This document shows, piece after piece, positions 1-13,914 of a stretch of DNA of 64,000 nucleotides (the first letter of the stretch is position 1; every line of letters starts with the position of its first letter). The notes below the pieces were generated by a model. It made no database searches. It saw nothing but the letters and a program-made list of their open reading frames with translations, and was not told where the DNA came from. The position numbers and the translations under genes are program-made. Source of the stretch: Bispira polyomma (taxonomy: Eukaryota); assembly GCA_965649765.1 (NCBI GenBank), contig OZ287748.1, forward strand, positions 105,090,001-105,154,000, read 5' to 3'.

Positions 1-697
1 GCTGGAAGAAACAACCAACCAAACTGTAGAAATCCCAGCAGCATGGAATATTTCACCAATGAGGGAGCAGTGCCGTAGAAAAATGACCTAGTTTAAGTTT
101 ACACCTGAGGCTGAGCGAAGCAATCTGTCTTGAGATCCGCTCAGTGTCCACTAACACACAATGCCTGTATCCTGTTATTCGTTCTGTGTCCACCAATACA
201 AAATGTATATATCCAGAGAGTCTGCACAACTAAGCTATCCAGTCTAGGATGCAAACAATATCCAATATGCAGCAAATCAAATCTCCACAACTTTATATCC
301 AGTTCACTCCAATGAGTTCACCACAAAATGTAAAGAATAAATCAGTTTATATCCACAGAAAAAGAAATAAAGTGTTTCAGAGTATAGCAGTTCATATAGA
401 ACACCAACTCAATAAACTCTAGTCTGTGGCCAGGCTTTCAACCCTCATATATACCACTGCTAGGGAAGGCTCTAGAATACGTAAACAATTGCTAGAGCGT
501 TCCAGAATGAAATATAAACAGATTAACACAACTCTAATAAAAAAAAACAAAATACAACCAGCTTCTAAAAGCTCAGGGGTTTCTCCAAATCTATAAATAG
601 ATCACTCTAGCAAAGTGTAAGAAACATTAGTACTAACTAGACCGGTTCTGCTTTAACATAGCACAATGTCCTTATATGTAACATTGGGGACATGACA
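1..697 (-). mobile_element. Possible LTR of a Gypsy-like element, running off the window edge
   Basis: Minus strand starts TGTCATG at about 697, near where the neighbouring RNase H remnant breaks off; non-coding, with a TATA-like GGTATATATGAGGG. The second end and PBS are not visible. Confidence 0.3.
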
Positions 698-719
698 CCA
701 CATATAATTTGTAAGTTTT

Positions 720-2260
720 GCATTATTAATATAATGTCTTTTCCTATAATATGAGCAAAAGTGAAGGTGATATCTCATTTAGCAGAAAGAAGCCAAATGG
801 TACGACCACAAGCCATTAAAAAGTCGTCGTGCATTTTACCTGATGTTAGTGCAGCGACTACCGCCCCATTGTTGCACCAAATTTTTACTTTGGATTTCGA
901 CCATTGATACGCCCTTATACTAACAGCTATGAGGACATTCAACATTTCAAGGTGTACTATAGACAGATATGTGACACTGTTGGCGGATGTAGCTGCATAC
1001 ACTTGTTGACCAAAAATACCCCTAACCCCAGAGAGGAATGCATGCTTTATGCTGGTGTTTAAAACTGCCTCTAACGAGCTTACCATTGTTAAACCTGGAA
1101 GAATTCTACATTAAGATGGAGTTTATGAGCGTTTTTTGCAAGATAAAGCAACTTTACTATTATGTTGACGAAAAGTCTGGCAGGCTGGACACACTTATGG
1201 ATATAAATGAGCCTGCCCAAAAGACTTGGCAACCCCCTTTTAGACGCCCAGGTTCTATTCTTCCAAATGCTACAGACTACTTTAAATCTCATTAAATTTC
1301 TTTATTGGTATTTTAATGATGTCCGTTTGCAAGTCAACTTTAATACACATACAAACCAGTACTTGTGTGGGAGGTTCCAACTTGTCAGGGTTTAGAGGCA
1401 GACTAACATATATGAACAATGCCTTTAAAGTGATAAATTTTGCGTTGATATAATTGACGATGGCAACGTTTTTGACATGCTGGCATGAGGCGCTTCTGGT
1501 TTTTAGGCCGAAAGGAATACTAAGATCGACGTACGTATGTTCTTTAAATTTAATACCCATGACCTCATAATCACTGGGATCTAATTACAAATTTCAAAAT
1601 GCTCTTGGGAAGTCCGCCTTAAAAAGCTTAGCATTAGGTCCAATTTGTTCCACAAGTCGAATTATATTATCCAAAGCGGGACATTAAAGTACATACTGTT
1701 GACCATCTATGCTCTTGTCAGGTATGATGTCATTAATCCACTGGGAAGCTGAATTGCAGATATACTACTAAAATATTATCTGTGTGATTTTTCATGAATG
1801 TGTACCAATTATCTATTTCGAGATCAGAGTCCAATGGTATTCTGGCCTCCATGCAGTTATCAATTGGAGTTTTTGATACTTCTTGGTGAGCTTGTATCAC
1901 CCAATCCACCAGTGTTTTGCAATTGATATGATTTGAATTCAATAATTGAATTTGTTCAGGCAGATAATCAGCCATGAACCCCACCGCCTTTGTAATTATT
2001 ATCATAATAACTGATTTCATGAAAACGATCAGTTTCATTATGTCCTCCAGCAGTGTTATCCTTACATGAGGACATTGTATATGACATGTTATGCAAGTCA
2101 TAATGTAGACTGGAAGTCCAGTCGTTTTGCTCATTATAGGCTACATTTTCATTGTATGTAATAAGAGTATCACACACACACTGTCATCAAGATGACTTGT
2201 ATTATAAGAGTATCAACACACTGTCACTAAGATGACTTGTATTATTAGTTTTACACACAC
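720..2260 (-). pseudogene. Degenerate Ngaro-type pol (RT/RNase H) remnant
   Basis: ORF fragments 1733-2134 (ARIPLDSDL..W, YLQFSFPVD), 1282-1560 (YVDLSIPFGL), 1089-1292 (SLLGRLIYIHKCVQPARLF) and 775-1086 (IVHLEMLNVLIA..W..KVKIWCNNGAVV) are colinear with the pol ORFs at 5571-7107 and 31242-32454. Confidence 0.85.
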
Positions 2261-3251
2261 TGTTGATTGCTGAATTGATTAACTCTGACATCGGTGCACT
2301 TTCTGCATCCCCTGTGCTATATCTCTACCAAATATGATTGTGCATATACGATAATATGATAATTAATGATTCTCAAGATTTTTCTCGGAATGTTCAATTA
2401 TAATTTTCCGGCTAAAAACAACATTGGTTATTATAGACAGACAGTTTATTGGAGTTGAAGTGTAAAATTTGACTTGCCTTAAATATAAGACTATGTTCTA
2501 TGAACAGTTCAACTTCATCTAACTGGGATTTGTGATCAGTTAATTGGACATTCTGTATCTGCACTAGTCAAGGTGGATTCTCACCTATAGCCTTAGGTTT
2601 GTGTATTGGATTGCATTTGATTTTAATCAAAAGGAAGAACGATTTGAAATAAGTACATAGCTTGTTTTAAAGCAAAACATAGTTTACCATTTTATTCATT
2701 GCCTTTTTGTGACAGACGTTTATACACACACGTGAATAAGATCAACGTAACATTATTAAAATAAATAAAATGAAAAAACAATGCTCTAAAGTTAATTACA
2801 ATCACTTGAAAAAGTTAATTCCAATGAAAGAATTATTATCACCAATTTTATCACCATAATTAAACAAGGGGAATATTGTAGTCACTGCTCGCAAGCATTG
2901 CAAGTCAGTTATTAAGTTTAAATACCTTACTGTAATGTTTACCTCCTTAAAATTGTTTACCTAGCCACACCAATCATAGTGTAGAACACTTATGGTTCAC
3001 AACCTATCAGATTCCTTATTTGTAAGTCAATTCCCGCTTTTTCTCTCTATATTGGCATTATTTAGTTGCAAGTCATTAAGGCAACACTGAAAACTTTGGC
3101 TGAAGAACCGCATATTGGATTTTAAAGAAATTTCAAATGTTTACAAGTTTCTTTTAGAGTTTTTAACAGTTTCACATATACATAGGCGTTTTTTGTGATT
3201 GTGTAACTGTGTGCTTGATATAGTCGGTCTTACGTGGATATATCTTACACT

Positions 3252-4352
3252 ATGGGTCGAGGAAAAAAGAGGCAGGTTTCATCACAGATTGCCTTATGTA
3301 GTCCCTGTAATGTATCTCACTCTAAACCCGTTGGAAACAGGTGTCGCCGTCCAACAGAGACAGAGTTCACAGAGGTAGAAACTGAGAGCAGCACATCCAA
3401 CTTCGATGACGTCCTCAGTCAGACTTCCGAGGCAGAGAATGTAAGTTCTGAACAATTTTACAAAGATATATACACTAAGCAACAGACCATGATGGAAACT
3501 TTCGTTACAATCGTGTCTAAACTTCAGGAAGATGTATCTGATTTGAAATCAACTTGTTCACCTCTCACCAATGAAATACCAGTAACTGGGGGAGCCATAC
3601 CAAAGGTCTCGGCAGCACGACCTATTCCTGCACCGCGTTCACCAGGCCTTTAGACTTCTTTCGGCAGCTTCTCCACAGGGACGTCACAGTTCCCGAGTGC
3701 GCCACATTCTCATCACACGTCTCTCCCTGGGTTTCAACATGAAGTTCCACATAACGTGTACCAACCCTGTCTTACTGAGCATTACCCTACAGTTAATCCT
3801 CAGTTACCTACACTGCCTCAGCAGGACAGCTATAACTAAGAGTTTACACAAAGGGCGATGCAGGATGCCATTCTGCCCACTCCAGATGTTCTGAGACAGT
3901 CAGCAGTAATCCAGAACGAAGTATCACAGTGTCTGGCCCGTTATGAAGCCTGGGCAGCTGACGAGTCATTACAAGGAAAGCTGATCACGAAACGAAAATC
4001 TGTTAAGTTGGTGAGATGAAACGAAGTGGATGATGAATAGGTTGTCCTATTCCCAGGCTCTTATCTCAAGTGGCATGTCCTCGGGTTCACCTTCCACTAG
4101 TCAGAATTCTGCTTCGTCGGGTGGCAAGAACGAAATGCCTTGCCGCCATTATATAAGAAAAACCAGTGTACTCATCAGAAGGACCATGAAGGAACCAATA
4201 CTATCTTCAAGCACGTCTGTGCAAACTGTTACCGTTTAAATAAGAAACTTAACCCTCACCCGGAAGCCAAGTGCTACAATGATTTACGGCCGTCCAAGTA
4301 CACCAGCAAACGCACCACAATAGGACCACAGACTGTCAACGGACACCACTAG
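3252..4352 (+). pseudogene. gag-like ORF1 of copy B (stops and frameshifts)
   Basis: N-terminal CSPCNVSHSKPVGNRC zinc-finger-like motif; C-terminal C..Y..NQC..H..HVCANC..HPEAKC finger, parallel to ORF1 at 29150-30133. Confidence 0.75.
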
Positions 4353-5479
4353 CAGTAACTTTAGCAGAAGTAATGTTTATATCAGTAGGAAATCAGATGT
4401 CGTCATTGAGGAAAATGTTTATTATGAGAACAATTGTAATTAGACTTTTATCGCGCTTAATCTCCCCTTAACTAAGGGGACTCTAAGGCGCACCAGCACA
4501 AAAGACAGTAATCCAATTTCCAAAATCAAGGGACAGAAAAGGGTCAGCACCACAGAGCGCGCTGGGGGGATGATAGAGACTAAGGTGAATATGCTTTAGT
4601 GTACAAGTGGATTTTAAGCTGCTTTCTAAAACAGGCTAGTGAAGGGGAAGCAAAAATCACATCAGGAAGAGCATTCCAAACAATGGGAGCATCAAAAGCA
4701 AAGCTGTGACCAAAGTGTTTAACTGACTAACAATAATTTAAGCTATAAGAATATTAGGCAAAATTATGTTATGGATGGTGTAGAAACAATTTTAAGTAAT
4801 AACTTGAGCTTTAGGGATGGACAATGTTTGGTTTTCGATTCTCATGATACCCCCTCCAGTGCTGAACATGTGTGTGGTTATAATGTGCCTTATACTGTAA
4901 AGAACTGTATTAATACTCCTAGTAGTATGAACTGTAGTCATGTAATGTCTCATCCTATTTTAGTGGATGTGTATCAAAGTGACAGTTACTTTAATTCATA
5001 TGTTTCAGCTTGTTATATTGTCTGTCATGATAATCTATGTTTTTCAGGAGTTTATCATTGGATCCATCTGTGTGGCCATTGGTCATTACAGAAAAGTGAT
5101 CTAAATCTAGACCAGATTTGGCCTATCTCTTGTGTGGACACAAGGTCACTACCTGTTATTATATCCAATACATCACCATACAATAAGAAACCATCACATA
5201 CCACAAAACCACGGATACAGAGAACCACACATACACACACAAACATTGGCAGTGCTTTTTACTATACTGACATAATTGACAAATTTCAAAAAATAACAGT
5301 AAATAATCACAATGTCAACAAATAGAGCTTTCAGCTGACAAATACCTAGATAAATCACTCTGACAGTCTCACTAAGAGACTGTACACACTACTTGTAAGG
5401 AGGACGTTGTATTAGACAACACAGTAATACAGGACACAGTCATATCAAGAGGACATGAGGGCATAGTGACTTCTAATAG

Positions 5480-7233
5480 TAGGACTTATGGTTTCATACC
5501 TCATACTAAAGACACTTTTTAGTTTACAGGCCCTGATAGGCAACAGGTTGACATAGACTCTTATGAAACTTTGATTCAGTGGCAAATGTCATCAGAAACT
5601 ACAAAAGTTTCTCATTATAGGCAGGCCCGTATTCCTCTGAGAAGTAACCTTAACGTACATAAGTGGAAAGAATACCTCAAAGGTTATCCTTACCCAATTA
5701 TACTACAATATGTAGAGTTTGGATATCCCATATCCCTTTATGACAGAGATAGATTGAAAGTAACAAAAATTAAGAACCATTTTTCAGCAAAAGCTTTCCC
5801 AGATGCCATTGACAAATATTTTGTCAAAGAATTAGCTAAGGGTAGCATAGTTGGTCCCATTTGTGGTGATATTCATCCATTTGTGGTGATATTCATTCAT
5901 TGTTCACCCTTGTTAACTGTCCCTAAAGATACTGACCAACGTCGACTAGTACTCAATTTTTCCCACCCCTCTGGATATTCTGTAAATGACTGTACTGTTA
6001 AGAATAAATATCATGACATTGACTTTAGTTTGAGGTTACCAACCATAGATCAGATAACCTCACGTATACTTGAAATAGGCATTAAGGCAACCTTAGCAAT
6101 GGTGGACATGGCCCATGCTTTTAGGAATTTAAGGATGGACCCTTAAGAGACTGTCTTAAGTTAGGTTTTTTTGGAAAAATGACTATTACTTAGATTTATC
6201 TCTAACTTTTGGCCTCACCCATGGCACGGCGGTCTTTATGATGACCTCATATTGTATAACATATATTATGAAGCAGAAAGGTTTTACTGTCTACAACTAT
6301 ATAGACGAATTTATCCTTTTAGAAACTGAAGATAAGGCTGACTTAGCTTATACTACTCTACAAGGAATTTTGACTGATTTAGGTCTACCCATAAATGACA
6401 AAAAACTGGTTTCACCACGAAAATGTGTTACTTGCATGGGCATTACCATTGATATAACTCGGGAAACCCTCAGTATTGACCAAGATGAATTAAATTCCAT
6501 ATTTATCACTTGCTTTAAATTTGAATACTTGACCAAAGTACATAAACAGAAGTACCAGTCATTATTGAGAAAACTTTTATACATTCAACGATGTATAAAA
6601 CATTCTGGGATATTTATGAACAGGATGTTGACTTTATTAAGACAATCTACCAGTAGTAAGACAGTGACCTTGACTAGCGAATTTCACAAAGATTTACAGT
6701 GGTTTTTGCGTTTTCTTAAAAAGTTTAATGGAACCACAAAATATACTTATGTGAATAATGAACATGACTCTTTGCTACAAGTTAACGCTTGCTTATCTGG
6801 CATTGGAGGCATTTCGGATAATTACGTCTTTAAGAGTCCTTTACCTCATTTTCTCACCATAAATTTGTCTATAGTGCACTTTGAGATGGTGAGCATTCTT
6901 ATCGCACTTAAATTATGGGGTCAAAAGTGGGTAATTAAGAAAATTAAGATACAATCCGACAACATGGCTGTGGTTTCCGTTGTACAGTCATCAAAGACAA
7001 GGGATGACTACTTAGGACTATGCCTTAGGAACATATGGCACATCTGTGCTCTCAACAACATTGACTTAATTATTAGACACATATACCTGGTAAAGAAAAC
7101 GTTATAGCTGATGCTCTCTCCAGATGGTTTGAACTGATTGTATGATGGAAATCACATTCGACAAGAAATCACAAATAACTTCAACATGTATGACATTCCT
7201 ACTGACTTTTTTACTCTGGACTCTTATATTTAA
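5480..7233 (+). pseudogene. RT/RNase H of copy B
   Basis: HCSPLLTVPK..RRLVLNFSHP..SVND, VDMAHAFRNL, NYIDEF (decayed YIDD), IVHFEM..DNMAVV, ADALSRW; ends FFTLDSYI-TAA at 7231-7233. Confidence 0.9.
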
Positions 7234-7243
7234 TTAATTTCAG

Positions 7244-8316
7244 ACTCCTCAGATCCAGCTTCATCTCTGATCAGAGGAGCCATAGACAGAATAGGACACA
7301 GCCAGAAACCTAGAGCCAGAAAGCAATATGACAGTCAGCTGAGACTATTCTTAAATTTCAAAATTTACTATGACCTCAAACAAACATTTACCTTCAACAG
7401 CATTATTGCCTTCTTGGAATTTCTGACTCAGTCAGGAGTTTCTCACAAATTTATATGTAACTACCTATCAGCTTTAAGATACCATACAAAGGTATTAAAC
7501 ATTCAACATACAGGGTTATACGACCCCAGATTACCACTTTACCTCAAATCCTTAGAGCTTAATTCCAAGTACACTCCAAAGGTCAAAGGGGTTTTTGACT
7601 TGCTCAACTGTTACAGTTTTCACAAGCTTGTGACCAACTTCAATTCCCTGAATTATACAAAACTGCTTTTCTCTTTGCTTTTTTTGATTTTTAAGAATAT
7701 CTAACTAAACCACCACCTCAGGTGTCCCTTTTGACCCCACCAGACACCTGACAAGGTCAGACATACTTTTTGCACCTCCAGGAATTCACCTCATTTGAAA
7801 GTGGTCAAAAACCAATCAGCTCAGAGCTAATCCTGACATTATTCAGTTACCTGAACTTTCTAACCCATGGTTATGCCCAGTTAGGGCTGTTAGAAATCTG
7901 CTGAACAGATACCCTTTAGGACGCATGGATCCTCTTTTAGCAAACCCCTTAGACAAAGGAAACTGTCTTTCAGACTCAAAGTTGGGACTTACTTTAAAAA
8001 ACATACTTATCCAACTGAATATACCCACAGAAGGTCACTCCTTCCATTCAGACGCTCTGGAGCATCCTTAGCATTTAACTCCAATGTTAAACTTCAACAC
8101 ATACAGAAGCATGGTTGTATACCTACAGAAGGTTACTCCTTCCATTCAGACGCTCTGGAGCATCCTTAGCATCTAACTCCAATGTTAAACTTCAACACAT
8201 ACAGAAGCATGGTTGTTGGAAGTCAGATGCTGTTTGGTCTTACCTTCAATCTGCCTCCCACGCCTCTTCAATTATTCCAATCTACTTTCGCCTCTCTTGT
8301 CTCTTCTACTTTCTAA
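7244..8316 (+). pseudogene. Tyrosine recombinase of copy B
   Basis: NYLSALR, decayed FLRISN, KWSKT, LCPV, FHS(F)RRSGA, HGCWKSDAVWSY catalytic motifs; several frameshifts. Confidence 0.9.
8021..8216 (+). repeat. 98-bp tandem duplication inside the YR
   Basis: ATACCCACAGAAGG...ATGGTTGT at 8021-8118 is repeated at 8119-8216. Confidence 0.95.
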
Positions 8317-8454
8317 TTTGGCTTTGGCATTTTAAAATTTTATATTTAAAATTTTATTGTACAGTTGTAAATAAGAGACAAGTAGATAGAAAATAAATAT
8401 CCCAAACTGCATCTGACTTCTTCACTCATATATACTTATTTATAAATTCCTGGG

Positions 8455-8857
8455 GAATTTAGCCGTATATAAATTGCTAAATTGCCTGAGCGATTTGTAA
8501 GTTGCCCGGGCGGTTTTTAAATTGCCCGGCAATTTAGCAGTATATAATTGCTACATTGTCCAGGTGATTTACACAAATTGCTAAATTGCCCAGGCGGTTT
8601 ATAAATTGCCCGGGTAATTTACAAATTGACCAGGCAATTTAGCAGTATATAAATTGTTTGTACGTCCTAAACAATTTGTAAATTGCCCATGCAGTTTACA
8701 AATTTCCGGGGCAGTTTAGAAATATATAAATTGTTTAATTGCCTTGGTGATTTATAAATTGCCCGGCGGGTTTATAAATTGCCTGGGTAAAAAACTTTGT
8801 GTTTACAAATAAATATAATCATTGTTTTCCTGCCATGTCCTAACTGGGCTTCCATAT
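8455..8857. repeat. Tandem array of palindromic AAATTGCCCGGGCAATTT-type units, probably the inside of a non-autonomous element
   Basis: About 15 degenerate AAATTGCC(C/T)GG cores at 8455-8790, followed by a short tail ending GGGCTTCCATA. Confidence 0.7.
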
Positions 8858-8864
8858 GAACATG

Positions 8865-9600
8865 ACATCTTAAGAATGTATGTTCCTAATTTAGTAAGTA
8901 TAAAAAGTTATTAAACCCTGCATGAATAAAACCAACTTTCTAGCAGATTTGTTAGTGACTTTAGAGCTAATGGTGTTGGCCTGCATGGCCAATGTGCGCT
9001 GTGTACACCGGGTCTGGATTTTGTCAAATCTTACCGAATTTTTGGAAATCTTACCCCCTCACAGTTGGCCCCTTTTCATATTTTCCAACCCCATGTATTC
9101 GAACATGAACTGAAACAGTGACAGCTCCTCATCAGTTGGATTTTTTTCTGGAAGCGCCAATATAATATAATTTGTGTTGCCAGAATATCTCAACTTTCTT
9201 TTTAAATATACCTAAATGTTAGTGGTACTGATCTGTGATGCTTCACATCCACCAATCAATTCTAATTATATCAAAGAATTGATTTTTGTATTGATTGCAT
9301 TGTTAGAAGATGCTTCTGGTAACTGATGCTTAACACCCTAGTATGTTGAGATTTTTAAATAAGAATATGGTACCATGCCCCTTGCTTTATCTGAAACTAT
9401 TTCTCTATCCAAAAGAGTTTTTAAAAAGAACGTAAAATTTATTTGAAGATACTAGATATGGGTCTTAAAAATTTTTAAAGTTATGTTTTGTTTTTTATGT
9501 TTTTAAACTTAAATTATAAAGAGGTGATAATATAATGTAACAGACTATTCAAAAGTAATAATAACATAATTTTAAATATTATACTATCACAGATTAGGCT
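8865..9600. repeat. Dispersed repeat, copy 1; copy 2 is split at 38175-39080 and 44993-45362
   Basis: GGTGTTGGCCTGC..GGCCAATGTGCGCTGTGTACACC at about 8972 and 38761; CATCCACC..ATCAAAGAATTGATTTTTGTATT at about 9247 and 45036. Confidence 0.85.
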
Positions 9601-9939
9601 TTTGGTAAATTTTGTATACTCAAATGATATCAATGATGTTAAATTAACCACTGATTTATGAAACATCTACCAGTTACACTTTTCAGGTAGATTATCTAAA
9701 TAATCTTACACACACAGAAGATCAGGGTGTTCTGTTTGGGTTTTAAGATACCGTTTGTATATATTTTTGGCACAGATTTCATGATTGTATCATGTTCCAG
9801 GTTGTATTAACTGAGTCTTTTTTGACTGTTGCTGTTATGCCTAGATTTGCGAAGTTATATATCTGTTTTATTTTGATGATGAAATACACTGGAAGTCTTG
9901 TTTTTTCAGCAAAGTTATATGACAAAAATAGGAAATAAT

Positions 9940-10230
9940 ATTAAGGTGGCATATGCAAACTGTCAAGGTTTAGAAGCACTGAAAAATGGTCAGACGTGAT
10001 ATCACTTTTAAAAAAATCAAATGAAACATATTTAAATGGCAGCAGGACAAATTCTCGTGGAGTAGCAGTTCTCCTAAATAATAACTTTGAGTATGAGCTA
10101 CTCTCCTGCAGTAAGGACAAAGATAGAAACCTTTTAAATCTCTCATGGAAATCAAGCTCTATGGCTATAAATCTGATCATTTTATGGTCCTAATAATGAT
10201 AACCCCGATTTCTTTGACAAAATACATCCA
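9940..10230 (+). pseudogene. L1/Tx1-type LINE apurinic endonuclease fragment
   Basis: NSRGVAVLLNNNFEY..KDKD.N...INL...YGPNNDNPDFF is typical of the L1-clade APE domain. Confidence 0.75.
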
Positions 10231-10610
10231 GATTTTTGTATAGGGTCACCGAGTATTTTAGATATAACAAACAATCATAGAAGTGAACTCATGCTTAATA
10301 GGTTTATATTAGGTAAGGGAATCTAGAAATTCGAGGGAGATTCTGACAAAAATTTAGTTCTTACCGTTTGACTTGGGGAGTAAATCTCTCTTGACGCAAG
10401 TCTATGACTGCTGCAGCGGGAGGACGCCATTTTCTGTATTGTTCTAGTACTCCACAGACTGACCCGGCGGATGGAAACGACATCTTCGATGGGTATTATT
10501 CTGACAGCTGTCCACCACCAAGGCAGTGTACTCCTCCCAGAGATAGGAGGGCGCCATCGACGTCTGAGGCTGGTGATGAAGTAACCGTGGTGAATAAACT
10601 TATTTTAATG

Positions 10611-10908
10611 AAAATTAGTTCATTAGAACAGAACAACAAACATTTGCAGCGACAGATTGATCTTCTGTGAGAATTCTCAAATCTCACATAGTTATCTGAC
10701 GTATTCCCTTAAGTGTACTAAAGACTGTCTCCATAGCACGCTCTAAAAGGTGCAGGTAAAAATTAGTTCATTAGAACAGAACAACAAACATTTGCAGCGA
10801 CAGATTAATCTGCTGTAAGAATTCTCAAATCTCACATAATTCTCCAATGCATTCCCTTAAGTGTACTAAAGACTGTCTCTATAACGCGCTCTGAAAAGTG
10901 CAGGTAAC
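10611..10908 (+). repeat. 148-bp tandem duplication
   Basis: AAAATTAGTTCATTAGAACAG...TGCAGGTAA starts at 10611 and again at 10759. Confidence 0.9.
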
Positions 10909-11788
10909 ACACAGAATTTACAGGCCCCGTTTTCTAGCTCCAGTGACGTGGATGGTTAAGAGGTTTGTGAGAAATGTTGTGAAAGTGCACGTTTGGATGG
11001 TCAATGACTGGTTTGTAACACAAATAGTTTGCTGTATCTACAACTCCTGAAGGAAGACGAAAGAATCCAGAGAGACAGGCAACAGCTTGTAAAACTGCAG
11101 GGACAACCGAGTGACTCATGTATTATTGTTGCTTAACTATTAAAGAAATGCACCAATATATATTGGCTCAGTTGGTTATATGACAAAATTGGTTTTGACA
11201 ATATAATCAAAACAAATACATTTAAATAAAATAATCAAAAAAAAAAAATTTCAAATGCAACATTATAAAATTAGATATGTTTCTTTTTCTGTTACGTATA
11301 TTTATGTTCTGATACATATGTGAACGCTTTCCACAACAAAAGGTTAAACTCTCTTAAATTTCAGGTTTGTATTGAAGACACAAAAAGTTGTATTGCAAAA
11401 CAGAGCTGAGGCTATAAATTACAAAGACAAGAAACTGGAAAAAGTTATCTTTAGAATTTTACAGAAACAATGATCTTTTGTTAAACTTGGTCGAACTGCA
11501 GCCATATGTTGATAATTGATCAGCTAAATATGTAGTTGGTCTTTGCAATTGTATATAAAGTTCTACATTAACACAATGAACAGGACATATACACAATTGT
11601 ACAGACAAAAAATTCTGTGGTCATATATTCTCCGAAAAAAGTCTCAGCTCAAGATTTACATATCTCTTGATATTGAGCGTGGATACGTCTGATAAGTCTG
11701 ACTGCATATTTGTGAATTCAGCACTGAACGTTCTATTAAAATGAATGTTCATGAGTATAGGTTATGTCTATGCACAGCAGTGACACAT

Positions 11789-12290
11789 AACTCAAAACTT
11801 TAGAGTAAGCCTACGCTTCCTTTCAGCATGTTTTTATTGGACGACGTCGGCTGACGTCGGTCAAATTTTTCTATCATTTTTTGGGCCAACAGATTTTATC
11901 TCTCAGGGAGCGAAAAAATCGAGACGTCTGTCCGATTTTGAAACAAAAATGGCTACAAAAACATATGTATGGTTTTCATTTGATATAGCTCAGGCTCAAG
12001 CCATTTCCAACATCAACGAATTTTTAGTATATATCTGATAAAAGGAAGCACAACATCAACATTGTAAATATCTTAGCTGTTTCTCAACGGATTTTGATGC
12101 AATAAAAGGCACAGTAATCACGATACAATAGACTTTCTGTTTCCCTTTTCCAATTAACCATCCGACGAATTTTGAGTGTATGTCCGATGAAAGGAAGCAC
12201 AATGTCGGCCGACGTCCGATCGGATCGGACACCTTCAATTCGGTCGAGGTCGGAATGTGCTAAAGAGGGAGCCTAGGCTAAGTTTGAGCT
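11789..12290. mobile_element. MITE-like element with imperfect TIRs
   Basis: Left CTCAAAACTT..AGCCTACGCTTCCTTTCAGCA versus right TGCTAAAGAGGGAGCCTAGGCTAAGTTTGAG; internal GACGTCGG / CCGACGTC inverted motifs. Confidence 0.65.
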
Positions 12291-12784
12291 TCAATGTTTC
12301 TCAAAATAAGGGCCGTAAAATTCTTCTACACATTTTTTTATTTATACAAAAGAGGAAACAGTTGCACTGTCTTTTGTGTAACGGCTCAGTCGAAGTAGTT
12401 TATCAAACTTAAAGTAAAAAGCGTGTTAAATTAATTGCAATTTTATAATGATTTTGCAAGTGTTTTTAAAGAATTTATCATTCCATTAAAAGTCACACGA
12501 GGTTGTAAAAAGTAAGTAAATCACTTGACAGAGTGGTCTTTATCTGGCCTAAAAGTGTGTATTATCTCAATTATACCCTATTTTAAAAACAAGGTACATT
12601 TTGGCTGTCATTACACAATAGTGGATTCTAAGCCACCACAATCTAATCATATAGCATTAAAAAATTACACTCTATAATCTGCACTTTTATCTACCTATTT
12701 ATCTAGTATTCAAAGTATTAACAAACTTTCTTTTCTGCCCAATTGCAGTCAACCATCACCAGTACCCATCCTTCTACCTACACG

Positions 12785-12850
12785 CTCAAGGCTAGGAATA
12801 AACCCGGGTCCTTGGCATTCCTAAGCAAGTGTGTCACCAACTACATTACA
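12785..12850 (-). mobile_element. tRNA-derived SINE-like head (degenerate)
   Basis: Minus strand TGTAATGTAGTTGG (A-box-like) ... GGGTTTATTCC (B-box-like) at tRNA-like spacing. Confidence 0.35.
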
Positions 12851-13914
12851 GTGTTTGATGCACCAGTCACATATTAAGCACAATTACTATACCTATTCAG
12901 CGATGTAAATTAAACACTAACAAATGTGATTACTAGTTTTCGGTGTCAATAGGCCAAATCCCCCCCCCCCCCTCCACACACACACACACATTCATATGAC
13001 TTTGCCACGAATGACGATATCAGTTGATTTGTAGATTTGTTCACTATAATTTTGCTTTCATCAAATTGTATATTTAAGGTGGTGTTTCATCTTCTACTAA
13101 GTTACTGTATCTACTTTAACCTTTAGAAAAGATCAGCAAATATTCAAATTCAATATCCCTCTGGAAACTAATGAGGTTTCTTAAATCTAGCTTCAGAATA
13201 AACTAAGAAGAAGAACTTACACACACTTGCAAATAAAAAGAATCACCAAAACAAAAAAATTGTGATGACTTATGGAAATGAGGGAGTAATTAAAATTGTC
13301 ACTAAAAAGTCTTCTTATGAAAAAAGCTCCCATTAACTCATTTAAATTGCTTCTTTTTAATCGAAGTTCATAATTCAGTGACAGTTTGCATTTCAGTACA
13401 AATCTACAGATGTTTCAGTTGCAAATTTACAAAAGAAGTAAAACCTTTCATTAAAACAGATAATTCATATGCAAAACAAAATTGTTAAGCTGTGCCGCTG
13501 TAAACGAGTTACAAATCATTACAACAAACGGCTATAACATGGGAAACAGTTGTACATTAGCTAAGTAATATACAATATCTAAACAACACCACTTGTGGTA
13601 AGTACTTAAAACAATTTTACACAGGTCAGCTGAAACTGTTCTTTCCACATCTGCATCCAAAAAATCCCAGGTGGACAAGTTTGCGTCCTTTTTAATGACA
13701 AAATTATGAAAATTAGTAATATGTTCTCTGCCGTGGCTTCCCCCAGTTCATCTCCTGCTAAACCCCCCCCCCCCCCCCCATCCCACCCCCGTCTCTTTTG
13801 GCATTAAAAAAATGACTGGTGAAAAAGTTCTAAAATTATAAAACATTAACCCACTAAATCTTGTCTACTAGATCTTTGGCCTACGTTGACATCATTCTTT
13901 TTTTTAGTCACTAA

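Larger units (their letters stand above)
2880..8430 (+). mobile_element. Ngaro-type tyrosine-recombinase retrotransposon (copy B), decayed, 3' repeats lost
   Basis: gag, RT/RNH and YR in order on one strand. The 5' region has TTACCTCC..TTCCCGCTTTTT like the A repeat of the 28641 element, and the 3' AATATCCC motif resembles its B repeat. Confidence 0.85.

Noticed and set aside
4771-5325. 184-aa ORF as a separate cargo gene
   Set aside because: It occupies the position of the poorly conserved pol N-terminal extension seen in copy A (30121-30912) and has no recognisable domain.
9084-9140. Hammerhead-like CTGATGA core on the minus strand flanked by TCCAA/TTGGA
   Set aside because: There is no correctly placed GAAA or stem III, and the core is not kept in the second copy near 39000.
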